A DNA stretch of 64,000 nt from the human T2T-CHM13v2.0 reference genome, Homo sapiens (GCF_009914755.1 NC_060928.1), one strand, 5' to 3'; positions 13,180 to 30,677 are shown, counted from the first letter of the stretch. The notes: generated by a model from the sequence alone, not told the origin. Program-made: numbers and translations.

Positions 13180-13950
13180 TTTTTCATTGAAGGTAACTGA
13201 GAGACACGGAAGGTAATAACATGAGAGAGGAATGATTACATTTGGACATTTGAGCAATAAATGTGTTGACAATGTGGAAAATAGATGGGAGGGTATGAAA
13301 TCACTGAAAGATCAATTAGGATGATATTTCACTAAAGAAATAATGAGGGTCTGAAGTAAGGCAGTAGCATTCTGATGAAACTGAAAAATATTTAGGTTAT
13401 AAAATTGACTGTAGTTTTGACTAAGTAAGTGCAGATAACGAAGAACAATGAGAAATCAAAGATAACTAAAGATTTCTTGCTTGCAAAATGGGATAGTCAA
13501 CGGTAGAAACTGAGACTATATGAAGACGGGTGGGCCTTTCTCTCTCCTTCTCTTCATTTTTGAACAGAAGGGAGGGGAAAAGTGACCAAGAGTTTAGTTT
13601 TGGATACATAAAGCTTGACTTCCTTGTGAATCACACCAGCTTCCCTTCTTTCTAACAATATGACCTTGAAAAAGTTCCTTTAATTCAGTTATTCATAAGT
13701 GAAGGAGAAAAAGAAAGTTGTTGTGAAGATCAAATTAGGATAATATAGTCAATAAATGTTACCTGGAATGTAATCTCCATGAGGTCAGGAATCACACCTT
13801 AATGGGTTACAATTACCTAAGTACTCGAATATTCATAGAATTAACAAACTCAGGTGGAAATATGCAGCTTGAGTAGATATGTGGGAAAGGTGCTTAGGAT
13901 AAAGGTCTGAATTTGTTATATAGATTTGGACATCGTGATCCTACGATTTC
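13180..13950. mobile_element. L2 fragments with an embedded MIR-like piece (~13640-13760)
   Basis: TAATGAGGGTCTGAAGTAAGGCAGTAGC, GAGTTTAGTTTTGGATA, GTGGAAATATGCAG; highly diverged. Confidence 0.5.
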
Positions 13951-14245
13951 CCTCTCACCCAGGCAAAGAAAGGAAGAAAGGTAAGAATAAGGCTCTAGCA
14001 TCTCCTCTCTGGAGATGACATACACACATCATATGCATATGGGCATGGAGGAAGGGGTGTGGGGAGAGGTGAGTTTAGTGAGTATACAAGTTAGAAGTCA
14101 GGAGTGGATGGTATCAGAGGATTCTCAGAATGCAGAGAAGAAGAGAGAGTTTGTAATAGGACACATGTGGTAGGCCCTTAAAGAAGCCCTAAATACAGAG
14201 TAAAGATTAGACTGGGAATTATTTTCCTTCCTCATTGAAGAATGA

Positions 14246-14620
<375 letters not shown>

Positions 14621-15458
14621 TGATATATCTCTTGATCTCTCTCCTATCTAGAAAGACTCTGGGAAAATTAAGTTCACTTCTAAACAGTTAGTATTTTTAA
14701 TTCTTTTTAAAGTGCCCTGTTTCAAATCTGCCAAAATCTAGACAGGTCTCTCCCTGAAATCAATACTTTGATTCAACTAAACACAATGAACAAAACACTT
14801 CAGAGCAACAACAGGAAAAAATAAACTGATAATAGGGTATCATTTATTCCATGTGCAAACTCAGTCTACGTCCCAGTATTATCTATACAGCCTTCTGTTT
14901 TCTGCCTGAGGAAGGGAAATTTCAGTTTTGCCAGTTGGTCCTGTGCTCTGATCAACAGTTATTTGCTTGATGATAATAATCAGACAAAAGGCAAAAAGGG
15001 ACCAAACCAAGGTGCAACAAGTGGGAAAGTGGTATTCTAAACCTATTCCATTTTTCTGAGGAAAAGTTTAGGCCTCCACCTACCTCTCAATCCATTGGCT
15101 TACATTTTTGCAAGTTCTCATTTTGCGTCATTTGTGACTATTTCTCTTTAATCTAATGGGGAAAACCCAGTGGGCAGGCCACCTGGATCTCTATACAAAT
15201 AAATTGTAAATATTAAATTGCATGTGTTATTTATTCTCTCTCATAAAAAATCATGTAACTGTCGCATGGAAAAGTTTGCAGTTAACTTTGAAATATCTTA
15301 CTTATATATCTTACTTGTTTATAATGTTAGTAACTTCTGTTTCCATATAAAAAGGAAAATAATTTTGTGAATAGTATCATGGAATTTCAACACTTTTGGA
15401 GAGAAAGTGAATATTCTGTCTCAGTATTTGAAGACCTCTCCTAAACATCTCTTTTCTT

Positions 15459-15788
15459 AAAAAAAAAAATTGTTTAGAGACAAGGTCTTGCTCTGTCACC
15501 TGGTCTATAATGCAGTGATGTGATCATTGTTCACGGTAACCTTGAACTCCTGGGTTCAAGCGGATCTTCCTGGCTCAGCCTCCAGAATAACCAGGACTGC
15601 AGGTGCGTTCCACGATTCTGGGCCATATTTTACTTTTTTTCTTTCTTTTTTTTTTTTTTTTTTTTTTAAGAGATGGGGGGGTCTCATTATGTCACTCAAG
15701 GTGGTCTCTAACCCCTAGCCTCAAGTGATCCTCCTGCCTCAGCCTCCCAAAACATTGGGATTACACACATGAGGCACCATGCCCAGCC
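15459..15788 (-). mobile_element. AluJ
   Basis: AluJ-type CCTTGAACTCCTGGGTTCAAGCG; degraded 16-bp TSD AAACATCTCTTTTCTT (15443-15458) / AAATGTCCCTTTTCTT (15789-15804). Confidence 0.9.
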
Positions 15789-18700
15789 AAATGTCCCTTT
15801 TCTTCTTTGGCCTTTGGTCTTTCTCCAAATTGTCATTTTTGCAAGAAATGTAAACCTTGAATTTTTAAGTGATTCTGAATTCGGCCACTGGGATTGAGTT
15901 TGAAGATTTCTGTCCATCAGAACTCTGCTCCTTCTCATCCCAAATGCTCCTGCTATTTCCCCTGCTTTTCTTCTTTCCCTCACTTCCTTTTTAGACTCAG
16001 CACATGGTGGTTGTTGAAGTCCAATGAGCATATTAGTTAGCCACAGGAAAATGTGCAGAAGACAGCAGAGGAAAAACTGGTGTCATAGCATTTATGAAGA
16101 ATAAGAGTTTACTAACGGAGATGAAGAAGAAAAAAATTTAACAGTGAGAGAAAAATAAAACTGGAAAGAATGTCAGTTAGTGAAAGAGATCATTAGAGAA
16201 GTGGTGAAAGTTAAGATTTGTGAGGTAGATGGTATCAGATCTTGGATGCCCATTACTGTCAGGCTGAGGTGTTTGGCATTAACTGTGTAGATCATAGATT
16301 CCAACTGAACTTTTTTGAGCAGGAAGTGAGTAGATGAAAAAGAAGAACAAAGCTTTGTTTTAGAGAAGTGGATCTGGAATATATTTATATCATGGATTCT
16401 ATGCATGTAGCCTTTGTCATACAGCTGTAACTTATGTTTAAAAGTCTCAATTGGGTGTGTGTGTGTGTGTAAGTTAACTTTAATCTGTATTTTAATGGCT
16501 GTTGCTTAATTTGAATAACTTTAATTAGGAATACATACTTCAGAGATGATTGGTTAGTTTAGCCAGATTTAGCCAAATGCCATATTTCACTCAAATGTGT
16601 TCCATGATCTTTAGTTCTTGTGAGTTTAACTAATACAGGAGATGTTAGAAATGATTTTTCATTGGTGATGTTATTCAAAGTATCTTGATTTGGTTAGCAT
16701 GTTGGACCTTTCAGAGTAACATCCTAGGCCCAAAACTCTTGAATCAGCCCTTCATTCAGACATGGAATAAATAATTATGTAACTATATTCGAACCAGATG
16801 AACAGCTGAGTTCTTCTACTAGAAGACTGTCATTTATGCCTTGAGACGCAAGATTCTCACTAGAATCCCCAAAATGATAACAAATTGGACTCTACTGAAC
16901 TTGTAAGAAAAGGTGATATGACTGTTTTTGTCACTGTTTCCTAATAAATATTTGCATGTGTATTAGTATTCTGAAATTCATATTTATCTTATTTACTATC
17001 TGGTAGTGGCATTGTAAGAAACAAAAAACTTAATGGCTTTCACCTAACTAGTTATTGGAGGCTAATGGTATTTATTAAACAAATAAAAAACTAGTAATTG
17101 TGAATGTCAAAACTGGTTTGGGCCAGCATACAATAGACTGAAGATATAAAACAAATTTTCAAAACACATTAATAGTGTCTCTGTGAAGTAGATGGTCTGG
17201 ACTAGGTTATATGCGAGAATATAAATATTTGACAAAGGTCGAACTCAAAGTCATATGAACTTTAGGCAAAATAACTTTTCTCTGAGATGTAATTAAACTT
17301 TTCTATTTAAAAAATGAATTTAATCCAAGAACATCAAACAAGAACATTATTATAAAATGTAAAACATACATGTTTTAAAGTACTATTTAGTAACTTTAAT
17401 TAAACTAATAAAAATTAGAAAGGAAGTAGAACTTCAATAATAAAGAAACTAATTAAATAGGTAAAAATAATTAGCTGGGGATGGTGGGGAAAGGCAGAAT
17501 TTTAGAGATTGCCAGTGGTTTATCTAGAGGCATATTTCAGACCCTCTGGAAGAGTATCCAAACATTGTGTGGGATGATGGAACTGTATTGTGTTATGAAA
17601 ACACAGCTGCACATCCTATTCTGTGCAAAATGCTATGCTATGGTGACAGATTGTATGTAGGTGCAATGTGTACTCAGTTTGTTCGTATAAAGGACAATTT
17701 TATGTTTTGCTATTTCTAACAGATTTTAGTCCATTATGAAAATTACTCTATCATCCCAAGGAACACCAAGAAAATTTTGGGTTGAAATGTCTTCTTAAAA
17801 GAAAAAGAAAGCAAATACCACGTATCTACTCTATGGATATTCCTTACTTAATAAGGTTTATCTCCAAATTTTGATTGGCCTATGGTAATCAGAATAAAAA
17901 CAACTTATATGAAGTGACAGCAAAGATGTAAAAATCCTCCTCTTGCCCCTAAAGCATATCTAAATTACTTAACATTATCACTATGTTTTGCATGAAGAAA
18001 TTGGCTAAAGCTATATTCCAGCATACAAATTTATGACTGTAGCATTGTAGATATAAATGAATCATGTTGAATTAAAATGCCTATATTAGGGTGATAAGTA
18101 TAGCAAAAGATAATTAGCTCCTATTTACAAATAAATACAGATTTATTTTTTGCATTAGTGGTACTTTTTTCTTAGATAAGGTATGTCCTGAGTTCCAATA
18201 AAAGGGGAGTAAATTGAAGTATGTTTGAAACTTGAACAATTATCTGGGAATGCCAATGTAAGCTGGGCAGGATGGAGTCTGAGAACTACCAAAAGTAAAC
18301 AGGCAGGAGCAAAAGATGAATAATTTAATAGTATCAAGTTCAAATTATTGCAGTATTAGAAAATACTGCAAAAATGTTTGCATACATTTTTCTTACCTTT
18401 CAATTATAGAAGAAAATTTAATAAAATATATTAATGGCAATCACTTAAAGTTCTTCTAATTATATTTTAAGGATTCCAATTCTGGTTAGTTGTTAAAACT
18501 TAATATAAAGTCACTTTTAGCCTTTGATTTGTATTTATGATTTACCATCCTACTGATAAGAATATAATAATTCAAGTCAAAAGTCCTAGTTATTTTTGCA
18601 AGTAGAATCTGGTGAGTCAGTTCTGGATTTTATTTTAGGATAAGCGGAACTGTTAGATCTATAATTCTTAAATAAAAATTGTGACAAGATAGTCATTCCC

Positions 18701-18929
18701 AACATAAGGACAAATTTTATTGGGATAATCTTTTTTTTCTAAGTACAGAGAATTAGCAGGGGATAAATTTTAAAACTAAAATTAATTTAATTTAAATAAT
18801 TTAATTTAATGAATTAATTTAAATTAATATAATTTAAAATAAAATTAGTTTAATTTAAACATGCCAGAACACTGTAAATATGTGAATAATATAATAGTAT
18901 AGTATTTATGTATTTGCAAACATAAGACA

Positions 18930-19758
18930 CTACTCTTCCTGGCCAAGATTATGTAACAGGAATCAGATTTACTCTCTTGTCTAAAACAACTAATAATCCA
19001 GAAAAGAAAATACATGACTGATTGAATAACAAGCGAAAGAAACCCAACGATCCCTAAAGACAAAAAAAAATGAATTAAGTCCTATAATTGCTGAATGTGC
19101 TGCTTAGAGAAACTTTCTAGGCTGCACCAGATGGAGAAGTAACAAAGAAAATAGCCCAGCAGACTTTCTACATTGAGGAGAAAGAGCAGGGAGTTGGGAA
19201 AAAAAAGTGACATGGTTAGAATTTACAGGTAGAGAAACACAGAGAACACAGGTGCACAGAGAGAACTCCAAACATCTTTGAAGTACCTTCTTCAGGTATT
19301 CTGTGATCAGCACAGGCATGCAAGAAATCTACCTGAGATCAAAAAAAGGACTGCTCACAAACGTTAAGAGTGGCAATTTTCAACTGGGGACAGGTTTGTC
19401 TCTCAGGGTATATTTGGCAATATCTTGTGATATTTTTGCTTGTCCCAACTTAGGGTGAGGTTGCTACTAACATCAAGTAGATAGGGTCCAGGGATGTTGA
19501 TAAACATCCTATAAATCCCAGGAGAGCCTCTGGCAAGAATGAACTGTCCAGTTTAAAATCACAATTATGCTGAGGTTGAGAAATTCTGCATTGGAAGGAA
19601 CAGTGTGCAGGGCACACAGAGGGTTCCTCCCAAATTCTTGAGTGGAAAACCTCATAATTCACAGGGCATCAAGGAGAATAGCAAATAATAGGGAAAATTT
19701 ACCCAAGACTAAATACTGTTTTAGTTTTATTTAACAAAGCATAAAGCCACCTCCATCC

Positions 19759-19794
<36 letters not shown>

Positions 19795-19918
19795 CAGAAG
19801 CTATTTCCAAGTAACTTTACCACATTACAAAAGACATCTCAAGAATATTTTCAGAAATATGAAACAACCAGTACAAAACAAAGTAAAATGTGTATTGTCT
19901 GTAATCCAATAAAAATTA
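18930..19918 (+). mobile_element. Old L1M (L1ME/L1M4-like) 5' UTR/ORF1 region, host of the L1 nest; resumes at 22142-22605 and 27530-29660
   Basis: CTTCCTGGCCAAGATTATG start; ORF1-like AAAGTAAAATGTGTATTGTCTGTAATCCAATAAAAATTA continues collinearly after the L1MC insert; (CA)n at ~19760-19792. Confidence 0.55.
19368..19588 (+). mobile_element. MER20 hAT-Charlie element
   Basis: TATTTGGCAATATC...CCAGGGATGTTGATAAACATCCTA...GCTGAGGTTGAGAAATTCTG; ~220 bp as expected. Confidence 0.85.
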
Positions 19919-22133
19919 TATCCAAGCTAATGTGGTAAGACAACAAAGGGAAATAAAAGGCATACAATTTGGAAAAGAATAAATAAAACTGCTTTTCCTC
20001 ACAATGGCATCATTTTTAAAAATTGACAAAAAACTACTCAAAATAATAAGTGATTACGAGGTTGTAGAATACAAGATTAATATACTTGATTAATACAAAA
20101 GTCACTTGCTTTTCTGTATTTCAGCAATGAACAAGAGTAATTTGAAATTAAAAACACAATTTCTTTTACAGTAGCAACCCCCAAAATAAAATATTTATTG
20201 TATTAACCTAATAAAATACAAGATGTATACAAGGGAAGCTACAAAACTCTGTTGAAAGAAATCAAAGAACTAAACAAGTGGAGATGTTTTACATTCATAA
20301 ATAGGAAGACATAATATTGTCAAGCTGTCAAGTTTTTCATACCTCATCCATAGATTCAATAAAATCCCAAACAAATTACCAGCATGTTATTTTATGTATA
20401 TCAAGAAACTAATTGTAAAGTTTATAGAGAGAGGCCAAAAACACAGAATAGCCAATGTGGTATTGAAGAAAAAGAACAAAGTTGAAGAACAAATTTCAAG
20501 ACTTACTATCAAACTACGGTAATCAAGACAGTGTGATATTAGTGAAAGAAGAGACAAATCGATCAATTGAACACAATAGAGAACCCAGATATAGACTCAC
20601 ATGTATATAGTCAATTAATTTTGACAAAGAAGCAAAAGCAATACAATGGAGAAAAGAGAGAATTTTCAACAAATCAAATGGTGCTGGAAGATCTATATAC
20701 AAAAAAAAAAAAAAAAGAAAACAAACAAAAAACAACCTGAGCATATCTTGCACCCTTCACAAAAATTAACTAAAATTGGATCAGATAACTACATGTAAGA
20801 TGCAAAACTATAAAATTTTTAGAAGATACCATAGAAGAAATTCTAGATGATCTTGGGTTTGGCAATTACTTTATTTATACAATGTCAATGGCATTATCTA
20901 TGAAAGAAAGAACTGGTAAGGAGAACTTTATTAAAATTAAAAGACACTGTCAAGATAAAGAAAAGACAAGTCACAAACTAGGAGAAAAGATTTGCAAAGG
21001 ACACATCTGATAAAGTACTATTATCCAAAATACACAAAGAACCTGTAAAATGCAACAAAAAGAGAACAGCAACCCAATTAAAGTGTAGGTAAAAGATCTG
21101 GACAGGTACCTCGCCAAAGAGATATACATACAGCAAATACATATATAAAAAAAAATGCTCCACATCATGTCATCAGGGCAGCGTGAATTAAAACAACAAT
21201 AAAATACCACTGAACATGTATTAAAAGGGCCCAAACCCAGAACATTAACAACACCAAATTCTGGCAAGAATTAAAAGGGCCCAAACCCAGAACGCTAGCA
21301 ATACCAAATTCTGGCAAGGATGTAGAGCAGCAGAAATTCTCATTTATTGCTGGCAATAATGCAAATTGGTGCAACCACTTTTGAAGACAGTTTATCAGCT
21401 TTTTACAAAACTAAATAGGCTCTTACCATATGATCCAAAAATCAAACTCTTAAGTATTTATTTTAAAAAGTTAAACATTTATATCTACACAAAAACCTGC
21501 ACACAGATGGTTATAGCAGCTTCATTCATAATTGCCAAAGCTTGGAAGCAACCAACATGTCCTTCAGTAGGTGAATGGATAAATAAACTCTGGTACATCC
21601 AGCCAATGGAATGTTTTTTCCATGCTAAATAAAAGAACTATCAAGCTATTAAAAGACATGAAGGAACCTCAAATGCATATTACTAGGCAAAAGAAGCTAA
21701 TCTGAAAAAGCTACACACTGTATGAGTACCTGTATATGACATTCTGAAAAAGACAGAACTATGGATACAGTAGAAAGGTCAGTGGTTCCTAGAGGTAGGG
21801 GAAGGGAGGGACAAATAGGCAGAGCATAGCGGGTTTTCAGTGTAGTGAAAATACTCTGTATGATATTATAATGGTAGATATATGTGATTGTAAATTTTTC
21901 CAAACCTGTAGAATTTACAACACCAAGAGTGGGCCTTACATAAGCTGCAGACTCTGAGTGATGATGTGTAAATATAGAGGAATCAATTGTAACAAATACA
22001 TCACTCTGATGGAGGACGTTGATAATGAGGGAGGTTGTGCATGAGAGAGAACAGGAATTCTATAAGAAATCTCTGTACCTTCTGCTCAAATTTGCTGTGA
22101 AACTAAAACTACTCTAAAAAAACAAAATCTTTA
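19919..22133 (+). mobile_element. L1MC1-like 3' fragment (ORF2 end and 3' UTR)
   Basis: ORF2 C-terminal remnant (YTKTCTQM..AWKQPTCPSVGEWINKLWYI); end TTTGCTGTGAAACTAAAACTACTCTAAAAA; possible TSD AAAAATTA at 19911 and 22134; internal 50-bp tandem duplication 21220-21319. Confidence 0.85.
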
Positions 22134-22199
22134 AAAAATTACTCAGCATTTAAAAAAATAGAAAAATAAGACTCATGAAGAAGAAAAAAATCAATTCAT

Positions 22200-22299
22200 G
22201 GGTTGATGGGTATAGCAAGCCATCATGGCACATGTATACCTGTGTAACAAACCTGCACGTTCTGCACATGTATTCCAGAACTTAAAGTATAATTAAAAA
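22200..22299 (+). mobile_element. 100-bp 5'-truncated L1PA (about L1PA7-8) 3' end
   Basis: GGGTTGATGGGT...ACAAACCTGCACGTTCTGCACATGTATTCCAGAACTTAAAGTATAAT; perfect 19-bp TSD AAGAAAAAAATCAATTCAT at 22181-22199 and 22300-22318. Confidence 0.93.
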
Positions 22300-22952
22300 A
22301 AGAAAAAAATCAATTCATTAAAATTGGGCCAGAAATGACATAGATGACAGAATTGGCAGTCCAGGCTTTAAAATAATTATTGCAATTATATTTCATGTAT
22401 TCAAGAAACTAGAGGAAACCTTGACATGAAAAACATGTCAACTAGAGAGATGAATGATCATTTTAGACAGGCCCAAATTGAATTTCTAGAGAATAAAATT
22501 ACAATTTGATACAAAAATTACACTGGAAGCAATTAACAACAGTTGGACATTGTAGGAGAAAAAACTAGTGAACTTGAAGACTTAGTACTAGAAACTATCT
22601 AAGAAGGTACAATAGCTACAAAAAAGCAAAATACATAGAGATATACTTAGCCATGGAGGCAAAAGATCTCTATAAGGGGAACTACAAAACACTGAAGAAA
22701 GAAATTATAGATGGCACATATAGAAAAGCATTCCATGCTTATAGATTCAAAGAATCAATATCATTAAAATGGTCATGCTACCCAAAACAATCTACAGGCT
22801 CAACGCTATTCTTATCAAACTACCAACTCATTTTTCACAGAATTAGAAAAAAGTATTCTAAAATTCATATGGAACCTACCGGGAGTCCAAATAGCCAAAG
22901 CGATCCTAAGCAAAATGAACAAAGCTGGAGGCATCAAGCTACCTGACTTCAA

Positions 22953-23340
22953 TTTCTAATTCGTTGTGTCTGGTATATAAAAATACAATTGATTTTTTAT
23001 GTGTTGATTTTGTACCTACGACCTTTCTAAATTCTCTAATTGCTTATTTTGTCTATCCCATCAGATTTTCTACATTGACTGTGATGGTGACTGCAAATAA
23101 AGACAGTTACTTCTTTTTATCAAATAAAGATGACAACCATTTCTTTAACTTTCTCTATTGCATTTTGTAGAACCTCCAGTAAAATACTGAACAAAGGTGG
23201 AGAGAGTGGAAATATTAGTCTATTTTTTTTATTTTAGGGAGAAATCATTCAAACTTTCACTAATAAACATGATGTTAGCTATATATTTAACTGTCCTATA
23301 CCGGATGAAGACAATTCTAACTTATTTCTAGTTTGCTGAA
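22953..23340 (-). mobile_element. Inverted fragment of old L1M ORF2 (RT region)
   Basis: Minus strand reads ...TAGCTAACATCATG...ACTGTCTTTATTTGCAG...AAATCAATTGTATTTTTATATACCAG, an L1M-type ORF2 sequence. Confidence 0.75.
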
Positions 23341-23647
23341 AGTATCCTGTAAGTCTACAGTAACCAAAACAGCATAGTACTGATACAAAAATAGATACAA
23401 AGACCAATGGAACAAAATAGAGAATCCAGAAATGAAGCTGCACATCTACAGCCATCTGACCTTCGACAAAGATGATAAAAATAAGCAATGAAGAAAGAAC
23501 TCCCTATTCAAAAAATGGTGCGGCAGAGCTGGCTAGCCGTGCACAGAAGAATGAAACTGGACCCCTACTTTCACCACATACAAAAATTAACTCAAGATAG
23601 ACTAAAGTTTTAATTGTAAGAACTCAAACTATAAAAATCATAGAATA

Positions 23648-26413
<2,766 letters not shown>

Positions 26414-27529
26414 AAAAATCATAGAATAAAACCTAGAAAACACCACTCTGGACATAGGCCTTGGGAAATAATTCATGACTAAGTCTTCAAAAGCAATTCA
26501 TCAAAATCTAACATTGACAAGTGGGAACTAAATAAACTAAAGAGCATCTGCACAACAAAAGAAACTGTCAACAGAGTAAACAAATAACCTACAGAATGGG
26601 AGATAATATTCACAAACTATGCATCTAAAAATTATAATATCCAGAATCTATAAGGAACGTTAACAATTCAATAAGCAAAAGAAAAAATAACCCCATTAAA
26701 AAGTGGGCAAAGGACATGAACAATTTTCAAAGGAATACATGCAAGCAGCAAACAAACATATTTTTAAAATGCTCAACATCACTAATTATAAGAGACATGC
26801 AAAACAAAACCACTATAGGAGAGCATCTTACACCAGTCAGAATGGGTGTTACAAAAAAGTCAAAAAATTACAGATGCTGGTGAGGTTGCAGAGAAAAAGG
26901 AATACTAATACACCATTGTCAAGAATATAGATTAGGTTAGCCACAGTGGAAAGCATTTTGGATGTGTCTCGAGGAACTTAAAACATACCTACCATTTGAC
27001 CCAGCAATCCCATTACTGGGTATATACCCAATAGAAAATAAATCATCCTATCAAAAAGACACATGCACTTGCGTGTTCATCACAGTACTATTCACAGTCA
27101 CAAAGACATGCAATCATTGTAGGTGTCCATCAAGAGCTGGCTGGATAAAGAAAATGTGGTACATATACATCACAGAATCCTATGCAGACATAAAAAGGAA
27201 TGAAATCACATTCTTTGCAGCAACATGGATGCAGCTAGAGGCCATTATCCTAAGTGAATTAACAGGAGAACAGAAAACCAATACTGTATGTTCTCACTTA
27301 TAAATGGGAGCAAAACACTGGGTACTCACGAACATAAAGATGGAAACAATAGACACTGGGAGCTACTAAACATGGAGAGGGAGGGAGGAAGGCAACGGTT
27401 GAGAAATGAACTGCTCACTATCTGAGTGATGGAAGAATCTGTATCTCAAAGTTCAGCAGCATACATTACACCTATATGAGAAACCTGCACATATACCCCT
27501 GAACCTAAAATAAACGTGAAAATTATAAA

Positions 27530-29660
27530 AAGGAATTTGAAATGAAATAAAATAATAGCATCTACAGTAGCATGAGAAAATATAAAATGCTTTGCGAAAA
27601 ATCTAACAACAGTTATGTAAGACCTGTGGACTGAAAACTACAAGACATTTACTGGCGGAAATAAGAAAACCTAAATAAATCAAGAGATACAGATATTCAT
27701 GTGACTAAGAAGGAGTAATTATTCTTCAGAGTAGGTAGAAAAATTAATTATTAGTTAATTATTAATTCATAAGAATTAATATTCTTAAAATGATCATTCT
27801 TCCCAGTTTAATCTGTAGTTTCAAAATAATCTCAATCAAAATCTCATCAGAGATTTTGTATAAATTGGCAAGCTCATTTTAAAATACATATGGAAATGCA
27901 AAATTCTTAAAACAGCTAACAATAAACACAGTTTGAAAAAAAAGAACAAAGTTGGAGAACTACACGACATCTAAAATTATTATAAAGTTACAGCAATCCA
28001 GACAGTATGGTACTGGTATAAAGATATAGATCAGTGGAAAAGAATAGAGTCCGCAAAAAAGAAAAGTCCCAAATGTATATGGACAACTGATTGTTGACAA
28101 AGGTGCAAAAGATACTCAGTAGATAAATGATTTCTGCAACAAATGGTGCTGAAAATTGGATAGTTGTGTAAAAAACAACTTCAATCTATATCTGGCACTA
28201 AGAATTGCTCATACACAATGTAAAATCTAAAACTACAAAATGTGCAGAAGTAAATACAGGAAAAAAACTGTGATTTTTTATTAGAAGATGTCTTAAATAC
28301 AACAAAAGCATGATTCATAAAAAAAAAATTGGTATTTTGGGCTTCATAATTTTAAGAACTTCTGCTCTGTTAAAGACATTGTTAAGTGAATAAAAATTAA
28401 GCTACAAGCTGGGAGAAAAATATTTGCAAAACATGTATCCGGTTAGTGACTTGTGCCCAGAATATGTTAAAAAAAAAACTCTCATAACCAAATAATAAGA
28501 AAATAGACAACTCAATTAAAAATGAGCAAAATATTTGAATAGACAGTCCATGAAAGAAGATATATGGATGGCAAGTAAGCATATGAATAAAATGTTCAAC
28601 ATTACATTAGTAATCACTAGGAAAAGGAATATTAAAGCCACAAGAAGATACCATTACAAACCTATTATAACGCCTATAATCCAAAAGTAATGGTGAGGAA
28701 TGTAGAGAAAATGGAACTCATTGCTAGTGGAAACATAATCACTTTGGAAAAGAGTTTTTGGCATTTCCAGCCAGGTGCAGTGGCTCAAGCCTGTAATCCT
28801 AGTACTGTGGGAGGCTGAGGCAGGTATATCATTTGAGGTCAGGAGTTCGAGACCAGCCTGGCCAACATGGCAAAACCCCATCTCTACTAAACAAAATTAA
28901 AAATAAAAATAAAAATAAAAATAAAAATAAAAATAAAAATTTAGCCACATGTGGTGGTGCACACCTGTAGTCCCAGCTACTCAGGAGGCTGAGGTTGCAG
29001 TGAGCTGAGATCTTGCCACTGTATTCCAGACTGAGTGAAAGAGCGAGACTGTATCAAAAAAAAAAAAAAGAGTTTGACATTTATGTAAAATGATAAACAC
29101 ATGCCTATCATATGGCCCATCCTTTCCATTCATAACTGTTTTCCAAATAAATGAAAGTATATTTCCATAAAGATGTGTACACAAATGTGTGCAACTGTAT
29201 TTACAACACCCCAAAGATGAAAACAACCCAAATGTCTATTAACAGGCGAATGAATAAATAAATTGTATACGCAAACAGTGGAAAATATCCAGCAATCTAA
29301 AGGAATGAACCATTAATATACACAATAATAGGAATGAGTCCCAGAAATAATTATGCTGAAAGAAATCAGACAAAACAGTATCCACTGTAATTTTAACCTA
29401 AAATTCCAGAAAATACAGACTCTTCATCTATATAAAAAGAAAGCGGATCCAGGATTGGCAGGCGTGAGAGATGGATGGGTAGGGCTGAGACAGAGGATCA
29501 TAGAGCAGTGTGGGGACATTTGGGGATGATGAATACGCACATCATTTTGATTGTGGTGATGGTTTTACACATATATCTATATCTTTATCTTAACATATTT
29601 TACAGTTTAAACATTTGCAATTGATCGTATGTCAATTATACCTTAAGAAAGCTATTGTAA
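27530..29660 (+). mobile_element. Old L1M (L1ME/MD-like) ORF2 3' part and 3' UTR
   Basis: GACCTGTGGACTGAAAACTACAAGACATT, AAAGAACAAAGTTGGAGAACTTACAC, TTTTGATTGTGGTGATGGTTT, GTATGTCAATTATACCT. Confidence 0.8.
28769..29069 (+). mobile_element. AluS with (AAAAT)n-expanded linker and a right-arm deletion
   Basis: GCCAGGTGCAGTGGCTC...GAGGTCAGGAGTTCGAGACC; GGAGGCTGAGG joined directly to TTGCAGTGAGC; poly-A. Confidence 0.92.
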
Positions 29661-30494
29661 GAAACATTTTCCTAGCTTCTGTGAGATGCTACACAGACCT
29701 GTAAGCCCTCTTATGAACGTGTCCTGCTGCATAGCTCATGTTCCCTTTAAACTCATCATAGAAAGGATGTATTAAAACTAAAATTATGTGGCACAAAGTC
29801 AAAGGATGTAGTTAAAGATGATAATTTTATGGTCTTGAGGGGAACTACTATAAATGCAGACACTAAACAACAGAACGATAGTTCCTAGAATATGACTAAG
29901 TTTAAAATCACAGGAAATAAAAGGCAGAAATATCATTAAATCTGACTACAAACTGATCTGCAAATTGAAAAGCAGAATCAGGAAATGGTAAATGTCTTAA
30001 TGTGTTGCTTTTCTCTGCCTTTTGAATGAAGATAGCCAAATTACAAATTTTTTGAAAAGGCTGTAATTTCAACTATGGGGGAAACCTAAACATAGTCATT
30101 TATAAGTAACTGAGAAAGTGGTTAGAAAGAGATTGAATACTTGAACATATTCAGAGTTTTCTATAAACAGCAAATCCACAGATTATAAAGAGGGCTCCAA
30201 GCATAATGTGAGCTTGCCCTTGTAAATTTCCAAGTAGTGAAGGAAATTTCCTGGACCATTAATCTATTTTTGTGCAATGAAACTGTGTTTATTCCTATGG
30301 AAACTAATGGAAGACACCCCGGAATTGCTACAGATAAAATATCTGGATGAATTTATAAAGCACTTGCCAGTGCTTGAAGCCAGAGTCTGGAGGACAGGAG
30401 TCTCCTTCACAGTTTTGTTTTTTGTCTTGTATCCAATGCCAAACATAGGCATACTGGTGCTACTCAACAAATCTTGGCTAACTTATGTTTTGTT

Positions 30495-30528
<34 letters not shown>
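30495..30528. repeat. (TTTA)n microsatellite
   Basis: Directly visible. Confidence 0.9.
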
Positions 30529-30529
<1 letters not shown>

Positions 30530-30677
30530 GAAATCATTGCAGAACCTAGTTTTTAGCACACTGAGATTTTATATCAGGAAATTTAAATTTAATTTTTAAA
30601 AAACTTGTCGGGCAGTATATTTCTGCTCCTCCATCGGTGAAATTAATAAAGTGAGTACAGCACAAAGACAACACAAC

